Below, one piece after another: positions 22,201 to 36,082 of a DNA stretch of 64,000 nucleotides. Both the position numbers and the translations under genes were made by a program. The notes under the pieces were generated by a model that saw only the letters and a program-made list of their open reading frames with translations, ran no database searches and was not told where the DNA came from. Location: contig JAHLWZ010000791.1 in the NCBI GenBank assembly GCA_020536535.1, forward strand, positions 186,001 to 250,000, read 5' to 3'. The stretch's first letter is position 1. Every line of letters begins with the position of its first letter. This DNA comes from Pelomyxa schiedti (lineage: Eukaryota; Protista; Evosea).

Positions 22201-25200
22201 TTCCACCACTTGAATACTGTTCAAAAAAACTACAGCCGAAGGTAGAACGCTTATGAAGGAGTTCAGCAGAGCTCTGGCACTTTCTACAGTGTAGGTACTT
22301 GACTTAATTTCACTTGCTTGTGCTCGGAGTGGGAACCTGAAGAGTGTGCCCTGAAATGATTCATTGAAAGTTACACCATATGTCGAGTATGGAGAAAACT
22401 GATCTGGCCACTCTCGCAGAAGATTAATTTGCTTGAAGTTAACTCGCATTCCGTGTTTATTTAATGGAAGGCACAACCCCTGTGGGTCAAAGATGGCGAG
22501 ATATGAACCTGAAACGAAGCTTGGCACATCGGTTATATTATAAACACTGTTGAAGCCCAAACCTTGGAAATGTTAGTGAAAAACTAAGACTACTGGTATT
22601 CACACCAAATCTTCCTATAGCATTACTCTTGGCCCTTTTCGAGTTTTGTCCAATCCTGCTGATGCTTCGCCAGTCGTCTTCAGTAAATTGTGAGTCATTG
22701 TAGCACCACATAGAAGGGCCTTGAAACTTCTCAAAACCAGGGGTCAGCAGTGATGTGCTCCCGTAAGAACAACTGTCAAGTTCAAATGTGATTTTGGAAG
22801 CACCAGAATCTTCTGCGTTTTGCAACAGCTAGGTGATGTTAACAAATCAAAGTGTTTGCTCTGTTAAACCTCCATAAGAACCCCAGGGCCGACGGGGTAA
22901 TCCTCAATGATACCCTAGAGCAGGATGTACACAAAAATAAATGTGATAGGCATTCTTACCTTAATCCGGTCCACAACACTTTCGTGTTGTGCAAAGTCCT
23001 CATACTCAAATTTTGCATCAGAATGTGACAGAATAACTCGGGCACACAACGAGTAAGCACCGAATTTTGCAGCTACACCATTGGATATTTCTGAGTGCAC
23101 CATGGGAAATTCTGTGCACTGCTCGTTTTCAGGGACCCAGGGCTGGTCATTATAAACAAGGGATGTCGCAGGTGCAAGGTCACCATTGGTTGTAGGTAAG
23201 AACGCAGACTGTTGTTGCTCTTTGGAAAGGGTAAATTCAGAGGATCCCAAGTTCTGAACTATTGAAATAGCTAATCGCAGTTTTCCTTCTGGCAAAGATC
23301 TTTCTTGCGCTAATTCACAAAGAACTTGGAGGAGATCAAGAAGTTGAAAGACTGATCGCACACCCAGCCTCAAGAGTAAAACGCTGAATGGCCGCAAATC
23401 AGCTGGCAGTACATGGAGGTAGGGATGATAGTCTGTTGGTGAAGAAAGAGCAACTTTGGATGGAGGAGAGAAACAGCATCCAACCCACACACAGGGAACA
23501 TCTTGAAACTTTGCTACATCAATATCAGCAACACTTTCCAGAAGATACTTGTAGAGTTGAGGCATTGTTGTCGTAAGGTGTAGGGAAATGGTCTCCTTTG
23601 ACTCAAGTTGATTGAATTGTTTGGCAAGAAGAAGTAGCTGAGATTGGAGAATTTCTATTTGTGGAGGGCTGGTCCACCCAAAGTATTTCTTCAGGTTTTC
23701 CACTTCCACATCTAAAGTTGGTAACACGCCAGACACAAGTGCAAAGTCGCAGCTGGGACGAATGTCACTAGCCTTGGCCAAAAGGGTGGAGGACGGAGGA
23801 AGAAAAGGGAAACCCTCAATAAGAGGAGTCAAGTTTACTGGAAGCCACATGATCTGTGGGAGTTCACACATGAACTGATCATACTCTCTTTGTTCCTCCT
23901 GAAACTTTGAGGTTCCAAATGATAAGTAATTCCAAGTTGTTTTCTTGGGGGGTGAGAAGTATGTTTGGCACTCAGATTCTATGTGTTCCAGTAGGGTTTT
24001 GGCTTGTGCATGAGCACGTTTTGGGAAGCTATCCGTGGAGATGCTTTTCGCCATACGCAGTATCCCGTTTCGTGAGAGTTTTGATTGCAGGCCAATACTA
24101 TATAGTGCCGATATAAGCTGTGGTTTGACAAATTCACTGTGCGGAAACCATTCGGCAAGAAGAGACATTTTTCCTAACACTAGTGGGTCATATAATTCCG
24201 AGGCACAACACAACTTTCCACAAGCACTTTCGATGCAAGGAATTTTGGCCATTCCAGAAAGAAATCCAGAATCTTGAGAGCTCAACGATGTCAATTCAGT
24301 CAGTGCGCGAATTACCGCTTGCCTTGCTATCGTGGAGTCAAATTTATGGAGATTTGGTAAGAAGTGCTGTAGGTAAAACTGAGATTTGCTGGGCAACGTA
24401 AGCCCGAACTCTTTGAGAAACGTGGCTTCCTTTTCAGAGGAAGGAGTAATGAATTTCGCACTTAGCAGGGAACTTTCTATGCCGGAAGGTGCCAGAAAGT
24501 GATTGCCTTTGGATAAGCAAACAAATCCTTCATTTGCGAAGTCAGCAGATTCAAAAAGAGGTAGCTTTGAGATGCAATCGTGATGTGCAGCTCCCCTCGT
24601 GCTATATAGGAAATTTCGCAACGATCTACGTGAGCCAGAGTCTAAATCCTTGCACAAGGTTTCAACATCCCTGGACTTAATTTTTGCCACAGAAACAATA
24701 CAATCCAGCAGGCCTGTCGGGGTAGACGGGTGTACGAAGTTATAGATGCAGCTATGTTTCTGTGCTCCACAATGTGTATCTAGTTGTAGCATTCCTAATT
24801 TCTCAAAACAATCGCCATCAAGGGGAATGTTTTCTGTGTCAATGACTGAACTGTCCGCGCGATGTGTGAGTTGGTGCAACAGATCACCTTTGCAATAAAG
24901 AATAGTCTTGCCAACAAAGAGCTCTAAATTTGCTGATGGACTGAGATATTCCCAGAGAAGAGAAACCCAAGCCAAGTCAGGTTTTTTTGGTGATGAGACA
25001 GGAAATATCATTTCCATCACACTAGGAAATAGGGCAGGTGTGATGGCTTTTATGTTTGTACTTGATTGAAGACGCATGCTCAAAAGGAGAGGCACTGTCT
25101 GGGAGAGCAAAGAGTTGCAATTTACAACATTATTAGGAATTGTGGAGAGTAGTTTGAGTTCAAGATCTGAGAAAGCCAGGAACACAGGTGGAGCAGATGG

Positions 25201-27461
25201 CAGGGAAATTGGTGTTAATGTTCCATCAATTGTGCACAACACACGTAAATTGTGAAGTACAGTGAAATTGAAGTTCGCATCTTGAGAATCGCTCACACAA
25301 TAGTGCAAAAGGGCAGCTAGCTCACTTGGAGAAAACTTTGTCATACTGTTTCTCAAAATACTGTCTCGGACAAGTTGTGGAGTTATAATTTTAAGTTTTG
25401 CTGCTGAGTATTTTCTGAGAAGTCCTTGAATGCTCTGTGGGGGAGATACAACAGGCATTCCCAGAGAAAGGAGTAGTGGTTCAAGAATTTCCCACGAGGG
25501 AGTTGTGGTGGCAGGGGGGAAAAGAGAGTCCACTGGCTTGACCCATGCTCCAGAGGTAATGCTTCCAGAGAGTAACACAGGTAATGACTGAATTTGTGAA
25601 TAGACAGACTCCACAACGATATTCCAGGGTGTTGACAGTACTGTAGAAGGAAACATATTGTAGAACTGTTCTTTCGTTTTTATCTGAGTCCGAGCTGCAA
25701 GAATAACTTGGACGTAAGTTTGTGATATAATATCCCTCAAAAGGGCTTTGTTCCACTGGGATTTGAATTGCGCATCACCCTGCGTCTCATCTCCAAACCA
25801 GACGTCTCGACGATTCGCAGTGAGTTCGAAAAAGCCTAAGGGAAATAAATAACAAGTTATATGACAAGAAAGAAGAGACCATTGGAATGCACAGGCAACC
25901 CAGTCTTTGTTGGGAGAGGAAGGGTGCAAAAAGCTGTTCCGCCATCTGCCATTGGCGATAGTACATCAATGGCCGCGCCTCCCCATGGGAGAAGCTTCAT
26001 TGAGTAAGTAAACACTCTTGGGTCTTTGCATAGTGCTTGTGCTTCCCCAGTGCCAATACCTTTAGGAATTAAGGTTTACACATAAAGGCCTAAAAAAACT
26101 ACACACTATTACATACAAGCCAATTTACATCTCGATTTGTACATGCACCAGAGATTGAGACCTAAGAAACTTAAACCCACAGGAACCAAGGCAGATGATA
26201 TACATGCAAGTTAAACACCGCAGTGCTCTTTCTACTTGGGTGCAACAGATTTCTATCAAGGGAAATATCTTTGCTTTGTACAATAAGCAATAATCTTTAG
26301 AAGTAAGAATGAAACCTCATATTGGTGATATTAACAGTACATTTGCACACAGGGGATGTTGCATCTGTTTCCCACGTCAACCATTCGAGGCAGTAAACAT
26401 GACGCAAAAAAGGAAGCAACAAGTGGGCACAAGTAGTAAACTCTGCGCACAATTCGGATACTACATCATCAGAAAAGCATCTGTGAGAAAGTTTACTTGT
26501 CTATTCTCAATCAGAGCAAGTTAAGTTAGTGAGGAGACACATTTGATTGCTCTGGAGTACGAAGTGGTAGGCGGAAAAGTGTTCCATTAAAAGGAACACG
26601 TGACTTGATAGCTTCAGCACAGCCAAAGATGTCATATGGGGAAAATTGATCTGGGTGTGCAGTGGCGCAAGCCTCCTTGATGAAATCAAAGCGAATGCCT
26701 ATATTAATTAGGATTGAGTGTTGTATGGAATGCACGGACCAGGTTCCGGCCTTCTAGTAGGCAAGTTTTCACAGTGAGGATCAAAGAAGGCAATGAACTT
26801 GCTACTGACAAATGAAGGAAGGTCCGTTACGTGATACACGGAGTTGAACCCAATCCCAAAACGCCTTTGGTATTTAAGTCACAAATCAATGCAAGATGAC
26901 GGAATTCTAACCCAGTTTTTGCTGTAGCTTTAACTTTCTCACTTGCTCCCACTTGGCAAATGCTCACAAAGTCTTCTTCCGTGAACACAGAATCATTAAA
27001 CGCAAGTAAGGCTGGTCCCTGGAATGCTGCCATCTCCCTCGTCATCACAGTATTAGCACCATGGGTCCGCTTGTCGTAAACCACACAAAATTTACTATTG
27101 TGTTATGCCAAAGTAAGTAAATGTTCTGTTATGCACACCATAACATAACATAATGTATATAAGATTATGCAGTTCCAACAAGCCTCTCAGAGAAGAAAGA
27201 ATACAAAAGGCTGGGAGAAAAAAAGAAAAAAAACCTGGCCCCGGCATCGTCGGCATTTTGTATCAGCTCTTTTATAATAGTCACGTCACATGGGTACTGA
27301 CCAAGCACCTCTTTTATCCTGGATGTGAGATCTACCTTTGTAGCGCAAGTTCAGTCACACAAATGCCCCCAAAACAACAGCCGACCGCACAATGCAGGCG
27401 TTAGATCTTCGTGTTTTGTTTCGCATACTGTTTGATAGAACGACTCCCCGGCCAGCTGCAT
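13220..27461 (-). CDS. SACS: Giant sacsin-like protein (HSP90-like ATPase sacsin repeats) with C-terminal C3HC4 RING
   Basis: N-terminus MQLAGESFYQT|VDLTSRIKEVLGQYP..KELIQNADDAGA; QGPALLAFNDSVFTEEDF; second repeat LLQNAEDSGA..GRFG|LGFNSVY..GTLFRFPLR; degenerate third repeat near 18400-19150. C-terminus FLHGEIVAW..LRYGHV..FLSSDIFHF..CQ|ICTINEADTAIQCGHTMCKTC..CPWCR. Confidence 0.9.
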
Positions 27462-27652
27462 CCCACGCGACCGTAGTTCGGTGCTTTTCGTAACTTTTTC
27501 GCAGGTTTTGGTTTTACTGGCAGCTTGACTGACCAAGTTGGCCCCTGGGACTCTCCCAATTCCATTCAGCCTGAGAATCCTGGAACGCAGCGGAGCGGTA
27601 CTACTGTGCTCCTTTAGTTTCGTGCGTGTATGCCTGATTCTTCCACTGACAC

Positions 27653-30526
27653 ATGGAAGTGAACGTAATCGATCAACGAATTAGTCGGATGTCCGATTCG
27701 GGAGGGACTGGGTGCCGAGTACCTACGCTTACGTCACTGTCTTTGTGCGCCGTGGCCCAGCACGTTGACTCACTGTTCTGTGGCACTGCACCCATAAGTG
27801 CAAGTTCAACAGCCACCACCTCCAACGCCAGCGCAGCCGCAACCCCACCGTCGTCATCGTCATCATCATCAGCATCCTCCTCTTGCTCCTCCTCAGAACA
27901 CCCAACTCACCCTTCTGCGAATTCGCTCGTGTGTTGGCCAGGTGAAGAACTACTTGGATTGATACTGTCGTCTGCAATTGCTGCTAAAACCATCACCCCA
28001 CGTGTTGCTTCTCTGTGTGTGTTTCAAAACCCAATACATGAAGGAAATAGCTTAAAAGCGTTACTTAACTCATTGACTTTAAAAAAAGTACCAGCACAAC
28101 CACTGGTTATCTTAATTGAGATTTTGGGAGCTATTTAATAATATAATGGGGGTGTGTTATTGCAAGGGTTTTTTTTTTTTTTTGTAAACAACTGTTGTAG
28201 CATTGTTTCACACATAGCATCCGGTGCCATTTGTCTTGCTGATTCACGGACTCTACTGTCAGATGATGTCCTCTATGCATTCATTCGTGCATGTGCCGAT
28301 CGTCATTCATCTGCAGCAGTCCGCTCAGTTGATGCAGAGTCAACTCTAATTTCTCCAGTGCTGGCCCCCAGTACTCGTAGTATAGACTTATCCTGGAGCT
28401 TTTGTTTTTCTGAAAAGGCTCTGTGCGATTTATGTGCTTCCCAGCCTCCCATCTCACACCTAAAATTGGTTCGCACAACTGGTGTCAGTGACGCTGTTCT
28501 GGAATTAACTGCTAAAAGTTCAGGGGCCACACTTGTTTCTGTTGATATTTCCAGATGTCCTAATGTGTGTGAATCTACGTTCTATGGAAGAAATAACAAT
28601 TATTAAATAGGGAACTAATGCCATCTCAACTGGCAGGTAACCTACAAGGGTGTGGCAGCCTTAGCCGCAATGTGCCATGAAATTTCAGAATTTACTGCTT
28701 TTGCTTGCAACAAATTGGATGACCAGGCTGTTCTTTCCTTAGCAACCCTACCAAAGTGTGTGCAAAAATCTTTCTCTTGGTATTCACTCATCCCAGTCTG
28801 CAAGAGCTATCCCTTGGCCGCTGTTCTCTTATTACAAATGCTGCCGTATCACAGTTGATATCTTCTTGTACATCCTTGACTTCATTATGTCTGTCGCGGT
28901 GCCGAAAGTTGTCATATCAGGCACTGATTCAACTGAAGTCCCTAACCGCTTTGACTTCCCTTGATTTGTCATACTTGAACGTTGAAAATCTGGGTGACGT
29001 GCTATTTGCATTGAAAAACCTCAGAATCCTCTACCTGTCGAACAGTGTGGGAGTTACTGACACTGTATTGAAGAGTGTCGCTGAAGGATGCACAGGATTA
29101 ACCAGGCTTTTCCTCTCTACCCAGCTTCACATAACTGATGTGGGTGTAAAATCTATTCTCTGTGGGTGTCCTGAGTTGCAGGTTCGTATCTATCCTGCTC
29201 CCTTTTCTTTTATATTGATATGGTCACAGAGATTGAATCTTTCCAATTGTTCTACACTCACAGAAGCTTCATTTGACGTGCAAGGACCACTGAACCTCAA
29301 CACACTAAACTTATCTCATTGTACTAATGTCTCACCAGGTATTGTGGTTTATTTTTTCCCCTCTAAATTTTTCCTCAGGAATGATATCCAAACTTGGCCC
29401 AATGATGCATACCCTGGAATTGAGCCACTGCAAAAGGTTGACTGTGTCAACAACAATTCCAATCATTGCCATTAATTTTCCGAGCATCCGGTTACTTGAT
29501 CTTTCGGCCTCTGCATGTGACTGCAAATTCTCTTGCACCATTCCTGTTCACTCACTTTCTTAAAGTGGACTCTGATTCATTTGATTATCTAACTGCCATG
29601 TGTTCTCTGCTGCAGTGGTTAATTATCACGGAAACGAAAATACTAGACTCCGACCTCCCTAAACTCTCCCGATTAAGTCATCTTGAGCTCTTCAATGTAT
29701 CTTGGTGCCCGAATTTGACTCCAATCGCCATGACTCTTGTCCTCCAGCATGCCCCACGAATTACAAGGTTGTCAAGATTGCTCCCTCCTTTCTTACTGAC
29801 ATTCTTGTGCAGATTCGATGCCACCTTCTGCCCCTTGTTTACTAGCCAGAATTGCACTGCCCCTGGGCTGCGCTTTATCCCCCACCGAGTGATTGAATTC
29901 CTATCTGTACCTTCTCCTTTCCAATCACTCCTTTGTGTAAGTGCATTGTAGCTTTCAGGGAATCACCTTCATTCGCCACAACTACAATTCATTTGCGCAC
30001 TTCCCTACCTTCAAACGCTGGTTCTTAGTGGAAACGATGTGGATGACGAGACATTATCCGGCATTGTACAATCATGCAAAGGCATGCAGAACCTCAACAT
30101 CACGGGCTGTGTCAAGGTATGCACCCACGACCAACATTGTCTCACTCAAACACGCCCCAAAAGATAACTGATTCATCACTTGTCCAAATCAGTGTGCACA
30201 GTGTTCACCTCAGTGCATTGCATGCCCACGGCTTACCGCTCATAACCAACAAGGGTGTCACAGAGATACTCCTACGATGCACCGAGGTGATGACGCTCGA
30301 CTTCAGTGGCTGCGACGTGACTGCCGAAATATTCCCTCTGGCACAAAGGGTTCCTGGGCTGAGCAAGCTCATTGTAGGGCACGCCAGGCGGCAGGATATA
30401 TTGGCACTGCAGAAGCTGCGGCCAGACATGGCTGTAAGCCAAGTGGGTGTAATGCAGCACACAAACAAGCCCATGGGCTCTTCCACCCCTCAAACAACAT
30501 CAATACACAGACCCAACTCCTTGTAA
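27653..30526 (+). CDS. Cysteine-containing LRR (RNI/AMN1/FBXL-like) protein with N-terminal BC-box-like motif
   Basis: Repeated LxxLxLxxCxxITDxxV units across exons (SLQELSLGRCSLITNAAV, LTSLCLSRCRKLS, LNLSNCSTLT, LNITGC); N-terminal VPTLTSLSLCAVAQHV. The start is 27653 or 27689. Confidence 0.85.
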
Positions 30527-31151
30527 AGGTGTGAAGTAAGAAAGAGACCAGTACTAATTGAGGTTGGGTACATTAATTGAAGCTCATTGGAACTTTTTGC
30601 AGGATTATTTCCAGCCAAAATGAGGGTACAGGTTTTCTTCAATTAGATATTGGCTGGTCAACAAAATAAATGATCACATGACTGGGTTGGGGCAATAAAA
30701 CACCTTGACATAGCAAATGGCTTTTGGGGTCGACTGGAAACTTAAAATATGAAATGAACCAGAAGATGTTGCAATGGGATGTTGGTAGGCCTCTGAAACC
30801 TTGTGTTAATGATAATTTGGCATTTCAAGAGTTTTGTACAGTCCTATCTAATAAGAAGTTGATAGTAGAACACATTTTGTTGCTGTGCTCTCGTCCTTGG
30901 GTTTCGCTACCTGTTTACTTGTTGCTGTCAACAACACGCCCTTGGCCATTGTTCTGGTAGTTGCGGCTCTGTGGTCTCTGCCTCATGATGAAAATGCACC
31001 AACAGCAGTTGCTCAACTACTTGGCTCTCTTCTTACCTTCGCTGGATCTGCTGGGCTGCTAGGCTTCCTCGACAACAACGAGACTTCTGTCCTTGAAGCT
31101 CCCTCCACAAATTCATCAACCATTCTGAGTTCATAGAAAATTTTCTTTTTA

Positions 31152-32084
31152 CTACAAATGGGTGATGTCAATAAGGGCCCCATGCTGCTTGAACCAGTCA
31201 ATAGCCTCGTCACGCTCTGCAATAGATGCAAAGTGGAACAGGAGACCTTGCTGTCGTGTCTTACAAGGAGTGAAATGACCCTGTGCGTAATCATGTGAGA
31301 AACGGTGATACTGGTATGTGGGACCCTTACTTCAAAGCGACTCATACAGTGTCCTTTGTCTTCCTCCCAGTGGTCCCATGAAGAACCATTGAACAGAGCC
31401 CAAAAGTCTGGCTTGTTAGGATTCAGTACTATGCGGGCACCATTGAATGCTAACATGTCTGACGGCCAAACCTTGTGTTCTGTAAATAAAAGAAAAGGCA
31501 ATTACTGAACAAAACAGAAGAAACACACACTCTTGACACTGTAAATGCATATTGGGGGATTGAAAAAAATGCCTTTTTGGAAAAGGGGAACAAACCTTCG
31601 GAGTTGCGCTTGTCCTTGGAAACAGGCTCACTGCCAAGTGGTTGTCAAAGAACAAGGATGCACTCAGCCCCGGATTCTTCTGGATCATCAATCCAGAGGC
31701 CAGGACGTCAATGTCGCCATAAACATCCTGCAGCATGACAACCTTCTTGCACCCGTTGATGCACTCCATCGCTCGCCCTGCATTTCCCACGTTGTCGATA
31801 TCCTTGCGCGTGGCGACGAAATCGCTGCCCCGCGTTGTTTTGAAAATGACTTGGCCATTTGTGAGCACGGAGAGCCCCACGATGTCATCTCCTTTCGTGG
31901 ATCTGCCGATGGGTGAGGCGAAGGTCCTCATGCACATCACTTGTGGCCGAGATCTCTCGTCTTCTTCCGAGTCACGGATCGCCAAACCGCTCGCTCCACC
32001 ACCAGACCCAACCGACGAACCCACTGTTTTCGCTGTCGTTGTTTCCGGCCGTACCGCCGCTGCGCCGCCCGCTCGCAGTTTCAT
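31152..32084 (-). CDS. Hypothetical protein, tandem duplicate copy 1 (3 exons, ~250 aa)
   Basis: MKLRAGG..TPK|VWPSD..SRFE|GHFTPCK..DITHL*. Near-identical copy ~1397 nt downstream with conserved splice sites; similarity begins just upstream of this ATG. Confidence 0.7.
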
Positions 32085-32559
32085 ATTTGTGACGTTTGTA
32101 ACAATGTACTTTTTGAGATTCTCACTGCAGTGTAATCGACTGGGGATGAGGGCTGGACCCTGCTCATTTGAGCTTCGATTGTAACTAGCAAGTGCCATAG
32201 TGGACTGTTCATCATCAGACTTTACCCTCTCTTTTAGGCTTGGCATTATCCCTCGCGCTTCCACCCTTGTGGTGAGGCATGAGAATCGTTCTGTACCTCC
32301 ACCACGTGTTAAGTAGCTAAAGAAAGGCGATGGTGGAACCCCTTGGGGGTTCTATTTTCTCCTAAAAACTGCTTTATTCTTTCGGCCCTAAGGCTTGGGT
32401 GATGGTGCCGGCTATTGTGGCCTAGTAGATCTTCCTCAGGATCCACTCTGGGTAGCCTTTTGGGTCTCCTGAGGGATATCACAGTGGTGAGTCTAGAGGG
32501 GAGGATAGAAATCAAGTGAGTGCTATCCTAAGCAGCATTTCCCTGGCGCCACAGTTTTG

Positions 32560-33481
32560 TCAAGAAGTAAGGGCCCCAAGTTGGGTAAACCAGTCAATAG
32601 CCTCGTCACGCTCCGCAATAGATGGGAAGTGGAACAAGAGACCTTGTTGCTGTGTCTTACAAGGTGTGAAATGACCCTGTGTGTAATCATGTGAGAAAAG
32701 GTGATACTGGTATGTTGACCCACTTACTTGAAAGCGACTCATACAGTTTTCTTTGTCCGCCTCCCACGAATCCCATGCAGCACAATTGAACAGAGCCCAA
32801 AAGTCTGGCTGGTTAGGAATCAGTTCTATGAAGGTACCATTGAATGTTAACTTGTCTGACGGCCAAACCTGTGTTCTGTAAATAAAAGGAGAAAAGGCAA
32901 TTACTGAACAAAAGGAAGGAACATGCACAGTCTTGGCACCATCAATGCGTTTCGGGAGATGGAAAAAAAACCTTTGAAAAGGGGGAACAAACCTTGGGCG
33001 TGGCACTTGTCCTCGGAAACAGGCTCACTGCCAAATGGTTGTCAAAGAACAAGGACATACTCAGCCCTGGGTTCTTCATTATCATCAATCCAGAGGCCAG
33101 GACGTCAATGTCGCCATAAACCTTCTGCAGCATCACCACCTTCTTGCACCCGTTGATGCACTCCATCGCTCGCCCTGCATTTCCCACGTTGTCGATATCC
33201 TTGCGCGTGGCGACGAAATCGCTGCCCCGCGTTGTTTTGAAAATGACTTGGCCGTTTGTGAGCACGGAGAGCCCCACGATGTCGTCTCCTTTCGTGGATC
33301 TGCCGATGGGTGAGGCGAAGGTCCTCATGCACATCACTTGTGGCCGAGATCTCTCGTCTTCTTCCGAGTCACGGACCGCCAAACCGCTCGCTCCACCACC
33401 AGACCCAACCGACGAACCCACTGTTTTCGCTGTCGTTGTTTCCGGCCGTACCGCCGCTGCACCGCCCGCTCGCAGTTTCAT
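32560..33481 (-). CDS. Hypothetical protein, tandem duplicate copy 2 (3 exons)
   Basis: MKLRAGG..TPK|VWPSDK..SRFQ|GHFTPCK..GALTS*; paralog of 31152-32084. Confidence 0.7.
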
Positions 33482-33822
33482 ATTTGTGACGTTTTGTTTT
33501 TGATGCATGCTCTCTGTTTTTGCATCTTGTCATTTTTGTACCATTAAACGGCCGTCTACGTTTAGTAGAAACCTTCCCTTCCTTACTAGCGTAAGTTTAC
33601 CTTCCAAAAAAGCATGCGGTCCGGATGCTAGTGTGAAGAGTGCTGGGACTGATCTGACATTAGTTGAGGCTGCCCTGTTGAGGGCGCTACTCAGGCGGGT
33701 GCTCTCAACGGTATTGTGGACCCAGGGGTTATTTTTGTTAAACGAATTACTGCGGTCCAGCACTTTCGGGGTACGGGCAGGGAGGGGATTTTTACATTTT
33801 CTTGTTTCTCACAGAACCGCTC

Positions 33823-35981
33823 ATGGCAGTGATTACTATGTCTGTGGATGTGTTTGTTGTGGTCGCTCTGGTGTTGGCTTCATCAGAATTCCTTTTGGTT
33901 GGCGCAGCAGGTGCCCAAGAATGGAAATCGAGGACGGTGTATCAACTGCTGACTGACAGGTTTTCATCATTATTTATTATTTGTGGTTTGTGATTCCCAA
34001 GAGAACATGGTGGTGAACGAAAATGCTTAGGTGGTCAACTTAAACGGATTTTGTTTCTAGGTTTGCAACAAGTGATGGGAGTGAGCCTGCTTGTCCTGAT
34101 TTGAAACAATATTGTGGTGGAACTTGGCAGGGAGTGGAAAATAAGCTTGACTACATTGCTGGTTTAGTTCTTTGGCTACCTTCTGTTTTTTCCCAATGTC
34201 ATCAAGTCAGGAATGGGATTCGATGCTATATGGATATCACCGGTTGTAAAAAACACACCTCTTGGATACCATGGATACTGGGCTGAAGTATTATCAAGAG
34301 CCTAACAATGTTCCCTAACAATTTCCAGGACTGGTATTTGCCAAACCCTTATTTTGGAAACCAGGATGACTTGGTAAACCTGGTTAAAAAATGTCATGAG
34401 AAAGATATATGGGTGATGATTGATGTTGTTGCTAATCATGTCGGTACTTGTATTGCTGATCATTGGCGTTCATCAACCTTACCCAAGGCCCTGTTGATTT
34501 TAACTACACAACTATTGTTCCATATAATTTGCCGGAACACTATCACGGCTGTGAAGGCTGTGACACCGTTTGTTTCCCAGTATAACTACCTTTCTTAATT
34601 TTGTACAAGAATGCGGACACGGAATGTTGGGTTTATGACTATGACGATCCTTATCAAGTATGTACTTCTGGTTACCATTTTTCCTTCGAGTAATACTTCA
34701 AAGTTAGTGAATTGCAGATTATTTGGGCTTCCTGACTTGAATCAATCTGTACCATTTGTTTATGACACTCTCATAGATTGGATTTCTGGCCTTATGGCTA
34801 GCACTGGAGCAGATGGAATTCGAGTCGATACTGCTCAATATGTAAATCTCCATATGGAGAATAATCCTGATAAAGAAGTAGGTTGACAAATCTTTTTGGA
34901 CAAACTATCTTTCTGCAGCAAATGTCTTTCAGTTTGGGGAGGTGTCTGATGACGATACAGAATTTGTGGCCAGCTTTCAACCTCCTTTTGACAGTGTATT
35001 GAGTTATCCAATGTTCTATACCCTGAGAGTATGCAGTGTTTCCATTACCCATGACGATCTGATCTCCTACCCCAAAGGACGTGTTTTGTTCAGGCTCACC
35101 TATGACCAAAATTCATGGCCAGGAGTTAGACTATGGGATATATTTTCAAGATAAAACTGTCTTAGGAAGTTTTATTGATAACCATGACCAAGTTAGGTTG
35201 GTCACTTTTTGTTAAGTGGACAATTCTAACCGAATTAAGGTTCTTGTGTTGCAATTCAGATGTTGCCTTATATAAGAATGCTTTAGCTTTCGTATTAATG
35301 GCCGATGGAATACCAATTATCTACTACGGCTCGGTAGGCACATCACTGTCCCATTTCTGCTGATAAATGATATTCCAAGGAACAAGAGTTTAATGGTTGC
35401 GGGGATCCCTATGACAGGGAACCCCTATGGCTCTCGGGATATAACACACAAAGTGAACTATATCAATATATAACAACTCTAGTAGCGGAAAGGAAGGCTA
35501 AACAGGTGTAGAAGGAGACAATGACAACAAATTTCGTAACAATTTACCTTCTCAGTTGTGGAACTCTTTGTATGAGGAGAGTACCATCGATGAGAGCTTC
35601 TATTCTTTTTCAAGAGGGGACACCTTTATTGCTTTAACCAACGGGTATAGTTCTTCATTTCCTGGTTCTCCTTTTCATAACCTTTGGGTTGCAGTGGCTC
35701 TGCCCAAGCAGAACTTTCCCGAACCATTACAAGCCACCCATATCAAGTACTTTTACCCCTATCAGTGATTCTCTAATTCACACAATGCAATACAGGTTGG
35801 AACAGTTCTGTGCAATGTGTATGACACTTAGTTTGTTATTGTTATGCCCTGACCCCACCAAAAACAAAGGTTGGACAATGAACAGTGCACCAAAGTGGTA
35901 TCATGCACTGAGAGCCCATCAGGCTGCTTTGGTGTTTCCCTAGAGAATGGCCTCCCACAAGTCCTCATTCCCAGTGAGTAA
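33823..35981 (+). CDS. Secreted alpha-amylase, GH13 (fungal Taka-amylase-like)
   Basis: Signal peptide followed by EWKSRTVYQLLTDRF; YCGGTWQG..LDYI..GFDAIWISP; GYHGYW; DVVANH; catalytic motifs DGIRVDT, FGEV and DNHD; GIPIIYYG.EQ; REPLW. Confidence 0.93.
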
Positions 35982-36082
35982 GGCACAGAAGTAGCGAATA
36001 ACTGCAACAAGTAAAACAAACCCCTTGGCTTGTTACATTTCTCTGGCAGTGATGATCTGAATTTTTCGGCTGGAATTTTGGG

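Noticed and set aside
30724-31136. Small hydrophobic ORF 30885-31136 (+)
   Set aside because: No ATG start or recognisable motif; it may be a real small exon but cannot be supported.
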